The notes: a model not told the origin generated them from the sequence alone. A stretch of DNA of 64,000 nt from Thermodesulfobacteriota bacterium (GCA_965216785.1 OZ244197.1:1920001-1984000); one strand, 5' to 3'; positions 9,818-19,904 are shown, counted from the stretch's first letter. Translations and numbers: made by a program.

Positions 9818-10531
9818 TTATCCTTTTTCTTTAGCTCCAATTTCAGACGCCTTTTTCTCAAGCGCCGCGATTTTTTGGTCAAGCGCCGATATCGCTCTGC
9901 ATTTCTTAAGTACCTCGGCTTTTGCCTGGGGTTTGCCCGCCGATTTAGCTCCCTTAGCCGTAGGGCCGGCCTTCTTTGATTTTCCGGCTCTGACTATCAC
10001 GTCCATGGTCTTATCTTTGTCGAAGACATAAACTGTTTCGCGCTCTTTATTGATCCTCTTGGAAAACTTACCGTCTGCGAGATTGTACTTGCCCAGCACG
10101 CGTCCGAGCCACTGGAGGTTCTGGCCTTTTTTCTCGGATTCCGGGAGATGTTTCTGTACTTCGTCCAGGAGCTGCTTGGCGGTAATCTTAAACTCATTCT
10201 CGGTGTCTTCGAACAGCTTGTCTCGAAGCTCGCCGTCGTTTATTACCTTGAGTACATCCAGGACAGAGCGGTCCCACTTGTCGAGCACGAAATCCCCAGA
10301 CTCGGGGAGCTTAGAGAGTTTGTCCACTGCAAAGGGGTCGATGCCGCCGGAAGCCTCGAAAGACGCGTGAATTATCTTGCCAAGGTCCTGAAGCGCTATC
10401 TTTCTCTCCGCTTCAAGCTCTGAGAGCTGAAGCCTGATGCGCTGCTTACCTATGATCTCTTTGGATTTGACGTTTACAGTTGAAATACCCTTATCGAGGG
10501 TGCCTTTAAGTTTATCCAGGAACTCTGCCAT
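9818..10531 (-). CDS. Hypothetical coiled-coil protein with central inserted domain
   Basis: 237-aa ORF with GGAGG SD; helical N- and C-terminal segments. Confidence 0.7.
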   Translation of the reverse strand: MAEFLDKLKGTLDKGISTVNVKSKEIIGKQRIRLQLSELEAERKIALQDLGKIIHASFEASGGIDPFAVDKLSKLPESGDFVLDKWDRSVLDVLKVINDGELRDKLFEDTENEFKITAKQLLDEVQKHLPESEKKGQNLQWLGRVLGKYNLADGKFSKRINKERETVYVFDKDKTMDVIVRAGKSKKAGPTAKGAKSAGKPQAKAEVLKKCRAISALDQKIAALEKKASEIGAKEKG

Positions 10532-10695
10532 AACCTCACCTCCGTTAATACATTATATACGTAAATGAGACGGCGTTACAACAAGCCCGGACAGTTTTCA
10601 ATCAAGCGAAAGAATATCATGTCTACCCATGGAAAATTCGGTTTAATTTGGATATATTTTCATGTTTTAATATTTACGACAGTGTGAGGTGAGGT

Positions 10696-10899
10696 ATGTA
10701 TACAATCGGCGCTACGGTGAAGTTAACAGAGCAGATAGACGGTAAGAACGATAGTTTTCACGACGGTCTGGAGGGGACGATAGTAGAGAAGTTCGATCTT
10801 CCTCACGGCAGATCGTACCGAGTGCAGTTTATGGACGGCAGGGTCGCCAGGTTCCCCGAGGAGCTTATGGACCAGGCGGTAGAAGTAGTTTCGGGCTAA
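10696..10899 (+). CDS. Small hypothetical protein (SH3/KOW-like beta barrel pattern)
   Basis: 67 aa with GAGGTGAGG SD; IGATVKL...GTIVEK...YRVQF pattern. Confidence 0.65.
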   Translation: MYTIGATVKLTEQIDGKNDSFHDGLEGTIVEKFDLPHGRSYRVQFMDGRVARFPEELMDQAVEVVSG

Positions 10900-10940
10900 G
10901 AACTAACATAAGAATAAAGTTATCTCTGGAATGGCCAGAA

Positions 10941-11612
10941 TTAAAGTTTTCTCAGGAGCGTACGTACCGGGGAGCCATCCGATTTTTCTATCCTGAGCGG
11001 AAGGCAGATCATCTCGTAATCGCAGGGCTCGGTTTTCGCAAGATAGAGTCCCTCTATTGGCCAGATACCCGCTTTTAGAAGAACCCTGTGTATTTCCCCG
11101 CCGTCACTTTGCATACTTGCAATCGAAAGATAGTCTATGCCGACAGTCCTCACCCCTCGTTGTGCCAAAAAACGCGCGGCCTCTAGTGAGAGCGAAACAT
11201 ATTTTTTATTGAAAGGTTTTAAATACCAGCGGGATTTCGAGTTGTCTGTCTTAAACAGTACGCGCTCGCCTTTTCTTATCCTGTGGGGTTTTAGATCTGC
11301 GGGGGTGATGATTTCCCTACCCTGGATAGCTATAACACGGGCTTTTCCTATAACATTATCGAGCGGAATCTTATCTATGCCTGCTTTTGAATTTAAGAAA
11401 TGGCAGGGAGCGTCAATGTGCGTCCCCGTATGCGCTCCCATGTTGAGCTTGGTGACGTTGGCTTCGGCCCCTTTCTCTATGTCGAGCGCGCGCTTTATAC
11501 TTACTTTAGGGTCGCCGGGCCAGCTTACCATGCCGTCTTTCAGCGGTACCGAAACGTCTATCCATCCAGTAGATGAGATCGGGGTTTTACGTTTAGTGCT
11601 TGATGTGGGCAC
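10941..11612 (-). CDS. Cyclase family protein (kynurenine formamidase-like metal hydrolase)
   Basis: HTGTHIDAPCHF, VGIDYLS, HRVLL..IEGL, DGSPVR. Confidence 0.92.
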   Translation of the reverse strand: MPTSSTKRKTPISSTGWIDVSVPLKDGMVSWPGDPKVSIKRALDIEKGAEANVTKLNMGAHTGTHIDAPCHFLNSKAGIDKIPLDNVIGKARVIAIQGREIITPADLKPHRIRKGERVLFKTDNSKSRWYLKPFNKKYVSLSLEAARFLAQRGVRTVGIDYLSIASMQSDGGEIHRVLLKAGIWPIEGLYLAKTEPCDYEMICLPLRIEKSDGSPVRTLLRKL

Positions 11613-11621
11613 TGTTCTCTC

Positions 11622-12143
11622 TCAGTAAGTAAGGTCTCTTATAAGCTCTTGCGCTACCTCGTCTACGTTCATGCTCTCGGTATCTATAATCAGGTCTGCT
11701 TTTTGATACAGATGCTCTCTTTCATCTAAGAGCTCGCGCGCTCTCTCCAGTGGGTTCTCTACTTGGAGTAACGGGCGGTGAGTACTGTCCTTTATCCTCT
11801 CGTATAACACCTCGACAGGGGCTTTTAGGTAAATTGTGAGACCGGCCTCTTTCATAATATCCCAATTGCGGTCTTTGATGACGACGCCACCGCCTGTGGC
11901 GATTACCTGTTTTTCGCCTTCTGATATGGATTCGAGAGTTTTTGTTTCGAGGTCCCTGAAGTAGTCTTCCCCGTATTCTGAGAATATTGTTGAAATTGTT
12001 GTGCCCGCGTTTTCTTCCAATACCTGATCGGGGTCAACACACGTGTACCCTATTTTTTGTGCGAGCACTTCGCCCACGGTGGTTTTTCCGGCCCCCATAA
12101 ATCCTATTAAGAATATGTTCCTGTATTTTATTTCATCAGTCAT
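11622..12143 (-). CDS. aroK: Shikimate kinase
   Basis: LIGFMGAGKTT, GEDYFRDLE, ATGGG, RPLL. Confidence 0.96.
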   Translation of the reverse strand: MTDEIKYRNIFLIGFMGAGKTTVGEVLAQKIGYTCVDPDQVLEENAGTTISTIFSEYGEDYFRDLETKTLESISEGEKQVIATGGGVVIKDRNWDIMKEAGLTIYLKAPVEVLYERIKDSTHRPLLQVENPLERARELLDEREHLYQKADLIIDTESMNVDEVAQELIRDLTY

Positions 12144-12179
12144 AAGCTCTGGCCTCTGAGTGTTGTAAGTACGTGCTAA

Positions 12180-12776
12180 CTATTTCCCAAGTGTAACAAA
12201 CTTCTCGACGTATTTCCCGATTATGTCGCACTCAATATTTACGGTATCACCTTTCTTTAGGTCGCCGAAAATAGTCTCGACAAGGGTGAAAGGTATAATG
12301 TTTACCGTAAATTCACTACTTTTAACCTCGTTTACCGTGAGGCTAACGCCGTCAACGGCTACTGAGCCCTTCTCGACTATATATTTTGCAAGCGCCTTAG
12401 GAACCGAGAAGCGAAATATGTGGGAGTCTCCCAGTTTTTTTATGGACTTTACTTTTCCCACTCCGTCCACGTGCCCGTTTACTATATGGCCGCCGAGCTT
12501 GCCCCCCGCTCTTAAGGAGCGCTCTAAATTTACTCTGTCGCCCTTTTTTAATTCGCCGAGGTTGGTTTTGGAAAGAGTCTCATGAGAGGCGTCCACGGTG
12601 AATTTATTCTTGCCCATAGAGGTAACCGTAAGGCATGTGCCGTTTACGGCAATGCTCTCACCGAGCTCAACTTCGCTCATGTCGATCTTTGCGACTTCGA
12701 AAGTAAACACGCTTTCTTTCTGCTTGCGCTTGATCCCGCTTACGCGGCCTATGTCTTCGACTATTCCTGTAAACAC
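12180..12776 (-). CDS. ribE: Riboflavin synthase (alpha chain)
   Basis: MFTGIV N-terminus, SIAVNGTCLT, GGHIVNGHVDG, VNIECD. Confidence 0.96.
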   Translation of the reverse strand: MFTGIVEDIGRVSGIKRKQKESVFTFEVAKIDMSEVELGESIAVNGTCLTVTSMGKNKFTVDASHETLSKTNLGELKKGDRVNLERSLRAGGKLGGHIVNGHVDGVGKVKSIKKLGDSHIFRFSVPKALAKYIVEKGSVAVDGVSLTVNEVKSSEFTVNIIPFTLVETIFGDLKKGDTVNIECDIIGKYVEKFVTLGK

Positions 12777-13261
12777 TACTGTCCTCTTCTTAATATAAAT
12801 GTGTCAAACAAGATTAGTATAACACCTATGGTTATGGCAGAGTCGGCGAGGTTAAACGGAGGCCAGTGTAGTGCCGGGTTGCCGAACCAGTGAAAGTCTA
12901 TAAAGTCTGTTACATAGCGGAGCCTGAAGCGGTCTATGGAGTTTCCGACGGCGCCTCCCATGATGAGGCCGAGAGAAAAGACCAGGAGCCTGTTCCCGGG
13001 CCCGGCTTTCTTGAGAAAAATGAATATTACCACCACGGCCGCTACAAGTACCAGCGCGAAGAGCGGGAGCCTTACAGACTCTGGGAGGTCGCGGAATATT
13101 CCAAACGCCGCCCCCCGGTTGATGATGTGGGTTACGTCGAAAAACGGGAGGACCTGAATCCTGTCGTAGAGCGGTACGTATTTTACGACGAGCCACTTGG
13201 ATAACTGATCGAGAATGACGACCACAGCCGCCACGATAGTTGCTGTTCTGTATCTTTCCAT
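12776..13261 (-). CDS. lspA: Lipoprotein signal peptidase II
   Basis: DQLSK, NRGAAFG, GNSIDR, VTDFI, FNLADSAI. Confidence 0.96.
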   Translation of the reverse strand: MERYRTATIVAAVVVILDQLSKWLVVKYVPLYDRIQVLPFFDVTHIINRGAAFGIFRDLPESVRLPLFALVLVAAVVVIFIFLKKAGPGNRLLVFSLGLIMGGAVGNSIDRFRLRYVTDFIDFHWFGNPALHWPPFNLADSAITIGVILILFDTFILRRGQ

Positions 13262-13341
13262 GATTGCGAGCCAACAGTATATAGAATTCTGATATTACTT
13301 CAATATTTCACTTTAACTTGCAGGGGCGCCGCTATGGCGTT

Positions 13342-15576
13342 TTATTCCTCCAGCTCTTGGGCCCAGGCGCTCCTGTCGATGAAATCAAGGGAATAATCCT
13401 CGCGCTGCCCGCTCTCATCAAGTAAAATGAGCTCTGCGAAAGCTTCCCGGGCCTCTTCATAGCGTCCTGCCGTGTATAAAGCAATTCCCAGGATACGAAG
13501 GTTCTCAAGCGTTAGTTTCTCCAAACCGAGCCCGAGCTCTTGGGCTCGGCTCAGATATGGCAGAGCCTTATCAAACTGCTCGTTATTAAAAAACATCCTT
13601 CCGAGAAGGTAGTAGGAGGGCGCGTATTCCGGATGTTCCCGTATAAGCTCCTCAAGGGCCGCGACTTGGAGAGTCCTTTGTCTCGTACCGAAAAATTCCT
13701 TAATCTTCTCCTCGGTAGCGCCGCCCCGGTTAATGGCCGAAATTTTTATGTCTAACTCTCTTTTCAGGTCATCAGGAAGGGGCTTGTCGCGAAGGGCCTC
13801 GAAAACCTCAAGCGCCTCGCGGGAGCCGCCTGTCTGCCAGAGCGAGTTTGCCCTGATGTTCTGGAGGATGTGGCGGTCAACGATCGGCAGACGCTCTGTA
13901 GTTTCGGCCGGTATCGCCACACGCTCATGATTGCCCGCGTAGTAGTTTGAATATGAGAGGCCGTTTAAGAGCACCGCGTCTTCGCCGCTGTAGCCAAGCG
14001 CCTCTTCAAAATATTTTACCGCTCTGTAATAATCATCGTCCCTGAAGTGCCTGAACCCTAGGGTTTTTAAGCCCGCTACCTTTCTAGGGCAAGCGGCCTT
14101 GAATATAGATGGCTCGCTGAACCTGGACTCGGCAATCGCTTTAGTATCCTCCGGTGTGTACACATCCTCTAAGAACTCCTTCCACTCAGAGCTAAGCTCG
14201 CCGAGGCTCTTGCCGTAGACCGTGAAGTCGCCGGTCTTATAGAGCGTCTTGAAGTTTTCTATGCCGTATGTGTCTATAAGGTATCTTGAAAACGAGCCCA
14301 TGAGCGTGTAGCTCACCTGAGGCGGCGCGTACCAAAAGCCAAAGCCTATGATGTCCTCTATCTCCGGGGCCATGTTTTTCTCTTTCAAAGACTTTGAGTA
14401 CTGATGGCGAGTGTAGCCATTCCCGTTCCAGTCGGCGGCTACCGCTATGCCTTCCAGGAGGCCGATCTTCGGACTTATTTTCAGATATTCCGAGCCGAAG
14501 TCCCCGGCCATTACATGCACCAGCTCGTGCTTTAATATGGGATGCGGGAAAGAGCCGTAGACCAAGTGTATTTCCTTATGCACGGGGTTTGCGATAGTGG
14601 TCTCTCCAGCGCCAACGATCTTTTTTCTAGTATCGATGTCAGGGTAAATGTAAGAGCGTATCTTGCCGCTTGAGTTGAGATTCAGAAATTCACTTAACTG
14701 CTTATACCTCCACTCGTGGTCCTCGGCAATCAGCTCTATGTAGGTGGCCTCGGGGGAGCCGGGGTCGTAGTAGATAGTAAAATTGTCCGTCTCAATTGAT
14801 CCCGGAAGTATTTGTTCCGTAATGTAATCGCGCGAGTAACTAAACCCGATGCTGTGCTGATAGGAGTAGGAGATTATTAATACTAAAACAACTACCACAA
14901 GCGATATAAAATCAAACGCGCGGGCCTTTTGAAATGAGATGCCGTTCAATACCTTTAAAAGAAGTAAGAGCAATACTCCCCAAAGCACTGTGATGGACCT
15001 GTATATGACTAATGTTTGTGTTACAGGTACGGCCTCGTCATAGAGCGGACCGGGGAAAAAGCCGATAACGGGGTTATAGAGAAAAAGCGGCAGACCCGAA
15101 TAGAGTTTCCAGAGGGAATAGAATATTATAGCGAGAAGTATGAGAGCCCCCAGTAGAAAACCCCTTCTTTTTACTACAAATCCCGTAAGCAGTCCGAGCG
15201 CGGTAGAGAAAAATACGGTGACCGCGGGAATCAGAAGAAAAAAGACAGTCCCCTCCAATATGTAGCAGTCCTGCTTTAAGAGGGAGCTGAATAGGCCGAT
15301 TAAATAGACGACGCCAAGGATGATGAAATTGATGAGAATGATTGCGGAAGACCTGTCAGAGACTCTCTGACCGAAAATGCGGCTCCTTAGCTCTATGTTC
15401 GCCAATTCCGAGGCCAGAAATACGGAGATAAACGCCATAAAGAACGCCGTGAAGATCGAGTATTCGAATCCGAGCGCGCCCACAAGGGGCAGGAATGTGA
15501 GGATAATTGCTAAAATAACCGCGAGGGCAAGAGAAGTGAGCACTAATTTTGAGAAGAAAAATTGGTTGAATGTCAT
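13342..15576 (-). CDS. Multi-pass membrane protein with gluzincin (peptidase MA-like) domain and C-terminal TPRs
   Basis: About 7 N-terminal TM helices; LKHELVH...LLEGIAVA; TPR-like helices at C-terminus. Confidence 0.75.
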   Translation of the reverse strand: MTFNQFFFSKLVLTSLALAVILAIILTFLPLVGALGFEYSIFTAFFMAFISVFLASELANIELRSRIFGQRVSDRSSAIILINFIILGVVYLIGLFSSLLKQDCYILEGTVFFLLIPAVTVFFSTALGLLTGFVVKRRGFLLGALILLAIIFYSLWKLYSGLPLFLYNPVIGFFPGPLYDEAVPVTQTLVIYRSITVLWGVLLLLLLKVLNGISFQKARAFDFISLVVVVLVLIISYSYQHSIGFSYSRDYITEQILPGSIETDNFTIYYDPGSPEATYIELIAEDHEWRYKQLSEFLNLNSSGKIRSYIYPDIDTRKKIVGAGETTIANPVHKEIHLVYGSFPHPILKHELVHVMAGDFGSEYLKISPKIGLLEGIAVAADWNGNGYTRHQYSKSLKEKNMAPEIEDIIGFGFWYAPPQVSYTLMGSFSRYLIDTYGIENFKTLYKTGDFTVYGKSLGELSSEWKEFLEDVYTPEDTKAIAESRFSEPSIFKAACPRKVAGLKTLGFRHFRDDDYYRAVKYFEEALGYSGEDAVLLNGLSYSNYYAGNHERVAIPAETTERLPIVDRHILQNIRANSLWQTGGSREALEVFEALRDKPLPDDLKRELDIKISAINRGGATEEKIKEFFGTRQRTLQVAALEELIREHPEYAPSYYLLGRMFFNNEQFDKALPYLSRAQELGLGLEKLTLENLRILGIALYTAGRYEEAREAFAELILLDESGQREDYSLDFIDRSAWAQELEE

Positions 15577-15660
15577 GAGGTTATGCTCAATTTTTAAGTC
15601 TTTCCTTAACTATACATAATATTTGGGTGGGAGTGTGCGTTTTTTTAGAATAGGAAACTT

Positions 15661-15687
15661 TTCACCCTTAGAGAGCCTGAGGGTGAT
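15661..15687. repeat. Short palindromic repeat TCACCCTT...AGGGTGA, copy 1
   Basis: ttcacccttagagagcctgagggtgat; related copy at 17917. Confidence 0.55.
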
Positions 15688-15707
15688 TGGGGATTTTAGC
15701 GGTATTC

Positions 15708-16508
15708 CTAGCCGCTATCGAGCTGGAATTTTATCGGGACTTCGACCCAGCTAGAGATTTGCTTACCTGCTTTCTTGCCGGGGATAAACACCCAGTCTTT
15801 AACAGCTTTAAGGGCGGATTCGTCAAGCACTGTGTAGCCCGAGGGATTTACAATCTCGATTTCTCCCACCTTGCCGTCCTCTAACACAAGCACGCGCAGC
15901 AGCACCGTGCCTTCCTGTCCCCGTCTGCGGGCGGACTTGGGGTAGGGGGGATTTGGGTTCATACCGTAATTGGGTCTTGCGCCCTCGCTTACGTTATATG
16001 TAAGCTCGCCGGGGGAAGTGTTCTCAGTTTCTTTCTCAGATTCTGCGCCCTCAGTGCCGGTGCTTTTCTCCCCCACGGCGGATTCAGCGAGCGCCGTTGA
16101 ATCTGACTTTGTTACAGCACTTTTATCAGCTACGGATTCTTTCTCTCTCTTTTCGGAGTTCTTTAGTTCTTTAGCTGCAGGAACAGGTTTAACTTCAGGT
16201 TTATTCTTGATTGTCTCTTCTTTAGTAATCTTGGGGGTTTCCTCTAATACAATACTCTCTTGGCTGGAGTCTTCTTTCTCTTGCTCCGTCTGAGGAGTTT
16301 CGTTTGAATTCTCTGAGCTTTGTTGAGAAATATCACTTTCATCTATCACACTCACTATTATTGGCTCTAGTCTTCCTCCAGCCTGTCCCTCTCCGCTGCC
16401 TGTTTCCTTATCGAAGAGGTATATAAGCGCAAGCGTGATCACAACTCCCAGAAAAATGTGGAGTAGGATCGAATGCAATAGAAAGTGTCTCAGGTGTGTT
16501 CTCGGCAT
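15708..16508 (-). CDS. tonB: Energy transducer TonB family protein
   Basis: N-terminal TM with HxxxH, charged linker, C-terminal PPYPKSARRRGQEGTV...SGYTVLDESAL...VPIKF. Confidence 0.9.
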   Translation of the reverse strand: MPRTHLRHFLLHSILLHIFLGVVITLALIYLFDKETGSGEGQAGGRLEPIIVSVIDESDISQQSSENSNETPQTEQEKEDSSQESIVLEETPKITKEETIKNKPEVKPVPAAKELKNSEKREKESVADKSAVTKSDSTALAESAVGEKSTGTEGAESEKETENTSPGELTYNVSEGARPNYGMNPNPPYPKSARRRGQEGTVLLRVLVLEDGKVGEIEIVNPSGYTVLDESALKAVKDWVFIPGKKAGKQISSWVEVPIKFQLDSG

Positions 16509-16646
16509 AGTTATACCCTACTGAAGTCTATAGAATAATTAAGCGCTATATGCGAGGCAAGTGCGGGGAGAAAGATGAGGCGTACTGTAAATATACTAAC
16601 TTAAATTGTAATATTAATCTGTACATACATCGGGAGGGTATCGTAA

Positions 16647-16997
16647 ATGCTCTATTTAATCATAAAAACAGTCCTTACCGCAGTGATAATCGTAGGCATC
16701 TCGGAAATAGGTAAGCGTTATACCACCTTTGCGGCGCTGCTCGCGGCACTTCCGCTGACGTCTCTTCTGGCTATGATCTGGCTTTACGTAGACACCAAGG
16801 ATCAGGAGCGCATTGCGGATCTCTCTGTTGGAATTTTCTGGCTCGTGCTGCCTACGCTCCTTTTCTTTCTCATACTGCCCTGGCTTTTAAGACAGCACTT
16901 AAACTTCTGGGTATCGATGGCTGTGTCGAGCGCGGTGATGATACTTTTTTATCTTGGCTACGCCACAATAGGCAGAAAGCTCGGGCTTCCGCTCTGA
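16647..16997 (+). CDS. DUF3147-like small membrane protein
   Basis: ISEIGKR, LLAALPLTSLLAMIWL, IFWLVLP; 4 TM. Confidence 0.75.
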   Translation: MLYLIIKTVLTAVIIVGISEIGKRYTTFAALLAALPLTSLLAMIWLYVDTKDQERIADLSVGIFWLVLPTLLFFLILPWLLRQHLNFWVSMAVSSAVMILFYLGYATIGRKLGLPL

Positions 16998-17014
16998 ATC
17001 CGTGCAAGTTACAC

Positions 17015-17617
17015 CTATACGGCGGGCTGTTCGGGCTCTTCTGTAGCCAGGCTGGCTCTGAGCTTGGACATGCCGGCGCGCATCCAGCTCTTTACTGTGC
17101 CGAGGGGCTCGTTGAGCATTTCGGCAATCTCGGTCTGTGTGAGGCCGTAGTAGTAAGCAAGCTCTATTGATTTTCTCTGTCCAGGGGACAGATTCTCGAG
17201 CGCGCCTTTAATCAGATCGCGCTTTTCCCTGATATCGGTTTTCTCATCAGAGGTGGAAGAAGAGGTAGGTACATTAAAATCTAGTGAGTCCTCCCTTATT
17301 CTTCTCTTGCTATCGGTACGGAGCCTGTCAATTGCTCTACTCCTGGTGAGCGTGATCAGCCACGCGCTTGGTGAGCCGCGCTCTGGCGAGTAGTCAGCGG
17401 CTTTGTTCCAAATCTGCTTAAACACGTCCATGGCCACTTCGTCCGCGTCATGGTTTTTGGTGAGTATCTTGAGCGCGAGCCCGTAGACCTTGGACACAGT
17501 GAGATCATAGAATTTACTCAGTGCGGACTCACAGCCCCTTGCAATTTTGTCGATCAGCTCGGCGAGGTCTTTTTCGTTTGAGGGAAGCTTCGAGAGTTTA
17601 TCTTTGAGGTCGGTCAT
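17015..17617 (-). CDS. ECF RNA polymerase sigma factor (SigK-like)
   Basis: Region 2 DVFKQIWNKAADYSPERGSPSAWL..RSRAIDRLR; region 4 LAYYYGLTQTEIAEMLNEPLGTVKSWMR. Confidence 0.93.
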   Translation of the reverse strand: MTDLKDKLSKLPSNEKDLAELIDKIARGCESALSKFYDLTVSKVYGLALKILTKNHDADEVAMDVFKQIWNKAADYSPERGSPSAWLITLTRSRAIDRLRTDSKRRIREDSLDFNVPTSSSTSDEKTDIREKRDLIKGALENLSPGQRKSIELAYYYGLTQTEIAEMLNEPLGTVKSWMRAGMSKLRASLATEEPEQPAV

Positions 17618-17916
17618 AGTTTAAAAGCCCGCGTGCGGAAGTGCTTTAATTGTAACTCCTGTGCAGGTTAGATGCCACAACAAAAATGCAATTTGTATAT
17701 TTTAGCCTTGAATTCATGGAACGCTAACGAAATAATTATTACGACCTTTCTCTTCTTTTGAGTGATCAAAAGAAGCAAAAATCACCGACTGGACATAAAT
17801 TACGCTAAAAATGAACCCTGAAAACTAAACCTTATAATTCCTCCCACACCCCGTATAAGGTTTTTAACGTTTCCATTCTTCATTTTCTTAACGCTATTTA
17901 TGTATGTCGGAAACAA

Positions 17917-17942
17917 TTCACCCTTCGAAAGTCTCAGGGTGA
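17917..17942. repeat. Short palindromic repeat TCACCCTT...AGGGTGA, copy 2
   Basis: ttcacccttcgaaagtctcagggtga in the sigma/anti-sigma intergenic region. Confidence 0.55.
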
Positions 17943-18089
17943 TAGGGTTTAAGGAATCTTCCCTAATTTAAACCGAAAGCGGTTTTGCGGCGTATATCTT
18001 ATAAACACGGCGGCGGTCTGGAAAATTAGATATAATATCTCTATAGAAGTTGCTGAAGAAAGGGAAATTACGTAACGGAACGGGAAGGT

Positions 18090-18911
18090 ATGACGGAACT
18101 TGAAAGAATGGAGGAGCTTATCTCGCTTTACGCTCTCGGGATACTAGAGGGAGAAGAGCTTACAGAAGCGGAAAGGCTGATCAGCGCCGGCTCTTCCGAG
18201 ACGCTCTCGATGCTGAGGGATTATGAAAGAGTGGTCTCTATGATGTCCTACGCTACGCCGGGTGTGGCTCCCGACCCGGCTCTAAAAAAAAAGCTCCTCT
18301 CCGATTTAAAACAGGGTCTTTCAGCATATAAGGTAAAGGAAACACCGCCGTCACTGCTGGACAGGATCCGTCCCCTGTGGCTCGGCCTTGGCGGCGCAGT
18401 AGCCGCGGCGGCCATACTGGTACTCGTAATCTCTAACATATCTCTACGTAATAACCTCAATGACAGTTCGACCTTAATAGCGGGGCTGGAGGAGCGCGTC
18501 ACGCTCCAGCAGCAGGAGCTGCAGTCGCTTGAAGGCGAGCTTGCCCAAAATGAAGAGCTTGTAAGTTTCCTCCAAGATCCGGACGTAGTTGTCGTAAAGC
18601 TCTCGGACACCCATCCGGTGCACGACCCCGGGGGCAGGGTGCACTGGGACAAGGGCGACGATGAGGCCCTTTTTGTAAGCTATAACCTGCCTGAGACCCC
18701 TTCGGGTAAGTCCTATCAATGGTGGGTAGTGGCGGACGATACGCCCAGGAGCGCCGGAGTGTTCAAAGTAGGCCCCGACGGAACGAGCCTTATGAAAATC
18801 GGCGAGCTTTCTGATTTCGGCAATATTCAGAACTTCATTCTAACCATGGAGCCAGAAGGCGGAGCAGAGAGTCCGTCGAGCGAAAGGCTCCTGATCGCGG
18901 ATTCTTTATAA
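18090..18911 (+). CDS. Anti-sigma factor, RskA family
   Basis: YALGILEGEE N-terminus, single TM, coiled coil, C-terminal LPETPSGKSYQWW...SAGVF...TMEPEGG. Confidence 0.9.
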   Translation: MTELERMEELISLYALGILEGEELTEAERLISAGSSETLSMLRDYERVVSMMSYATPGVAPDPALKKKLLSDLKQGLSAYKVKETPPSLLDRIRPLWLGLGGAVAAAAILVLVISNISLRNNLNDSSTLIAGLEERVTLQQQELQSLEGELAQNEELVSFLQDPDVVVVKLSDTHPVHDPGGRVHWDKGDDEALFVSYNLPETPSGKSYQWWVVADDTPRSAGVFKVGPDGTSLMKIGELSDFGNIQNFILTMEPEGGAESPSSERLLIADSL

Positions 18912-18946
18912 GTTCCTACTATACTCCAGACGGAAGCAGCAGAAAT

Positions 18947-18973
18947 AAAAAAGGGAGCCGAAGCCCCCTTTTT
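18947..18973. terminator. Bidirectional intrinsic terminator (UUCG hairpin on minus strand)
   Basis: aaaaaagggagccgaagcccccttttt between convergent rskA and IPTL gene. Confidence 0.85.
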
Positions 18974-19007
18974 GTAATCTATCTTGATGTACCTTTTTAG
19001 TTTCTAA

Positions 19008-19904
19008 TTAAGCTACGGACTGTCTTCTTCTGATAGCAAGTAGCCCGATAATTCCCAGCACCCCTGCCATTGCTATAAGTCCCCACTGGCTGAGCGTCGG
19101 GATGGGGCGGGGCTGAATCTGCCCGAACACTAAACCGTCCGCGCAATCGGGCAGGGCGCCTAATTCCGTAAAATCGCCCGTTTCGGTATCTACAATTATC
19201 AGAGTGCTCTCGGACCTTGACTTAAAAATCCCATAAAGCTCGCCCGTTACCGGGTGGAAATCGAGTGCGCCGATAGTGCCCCGTCTGAGTACACCCCCAA
19301 CCTCGGTGCCCTGGCCCGTGTCCGGGTTAATGGTGATTAGAGTCGTGGCGTTGTATGAGAAAAGTGTGCCGTCATCCCTCCGCGCGAGGCCGTGACCGCC
19401 AAAGTCAAACCCGGTCGGGCCGATTACAGTTCCCTGTCCTGTGGAGGTGTTTATGCTTTGAAAGGCGGTGTCGATATCTTCATCGCACCTTCTGGCTGTG
19501 GCGTAGAGCATATTCGTATTCGGGTCAAGGGTCATGCCAGGCGCCCTTCCGCAGGTCATGCTGCCGCTGCCGTCGTTTCCGATCTCACCGATCAGGCTAC
19601 CCTGGCCCGTGAACGGGTTTATATCTATCAGAACGGCGATGTCTTCTTCGTCATCGTCATTCGCGCTGCCGACCAGCCGTCCGTCCGGCAAGATTTCAAG
19701 TGCGGTTAGGCCGTCAAACCCGGTCTCCCCAATAAATTCGGCCTCTGCTGTTGCGGGGTTGATTCTGTAGAGTGAGCTGAATTGATTTACATCGCCGCAG
19801 AACTCTGACGCCGCGCCGAGCAGGAATACTTCCTGGGCTTGCGAAAGCCCCGAAGCGGTTAATGCCAAGAAAAATGATAATACGGTTAATTTCAGTAGTT
19901 TCAT
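19008..19904 (-). CDS. IPTL-CTERM surface protein, beta-propeller-like repeats
   Basis: AAGGAGG SD before MKLLKL; signal peptide; repeated INPxTGQGTxIG; C-terminal PRPIPTLSQWGLIAMAGVLGIIGLLAIRRR. Confidence 0.88.
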   Translation of the reverse strand: MKLLKLTVLSFFLALTASGLSQAQEVFLLGAASEFCGDVNQFSSLYRINPATAEAEFIGETGFDGLTALEILPDGRLVGSANDDDEEDIAVLIDINPFTGQGSLIGEIGNDGSGSMTCGRAPGMTLDPNTNMLYATARRCDEDIDTAFQSINTSTGQGTVIGPTGFDFGGHGLARRDDGTLFSYNATTLITINPDTGQGTEVGGVLRRGTIGALDFHPVTGELYGIFKSRSESTLIIVDTETGDFTELGALPDCADGLVFGQIQPRPIPTLSQWGLIAMAGVLGIIGLLAIRRRQSVA

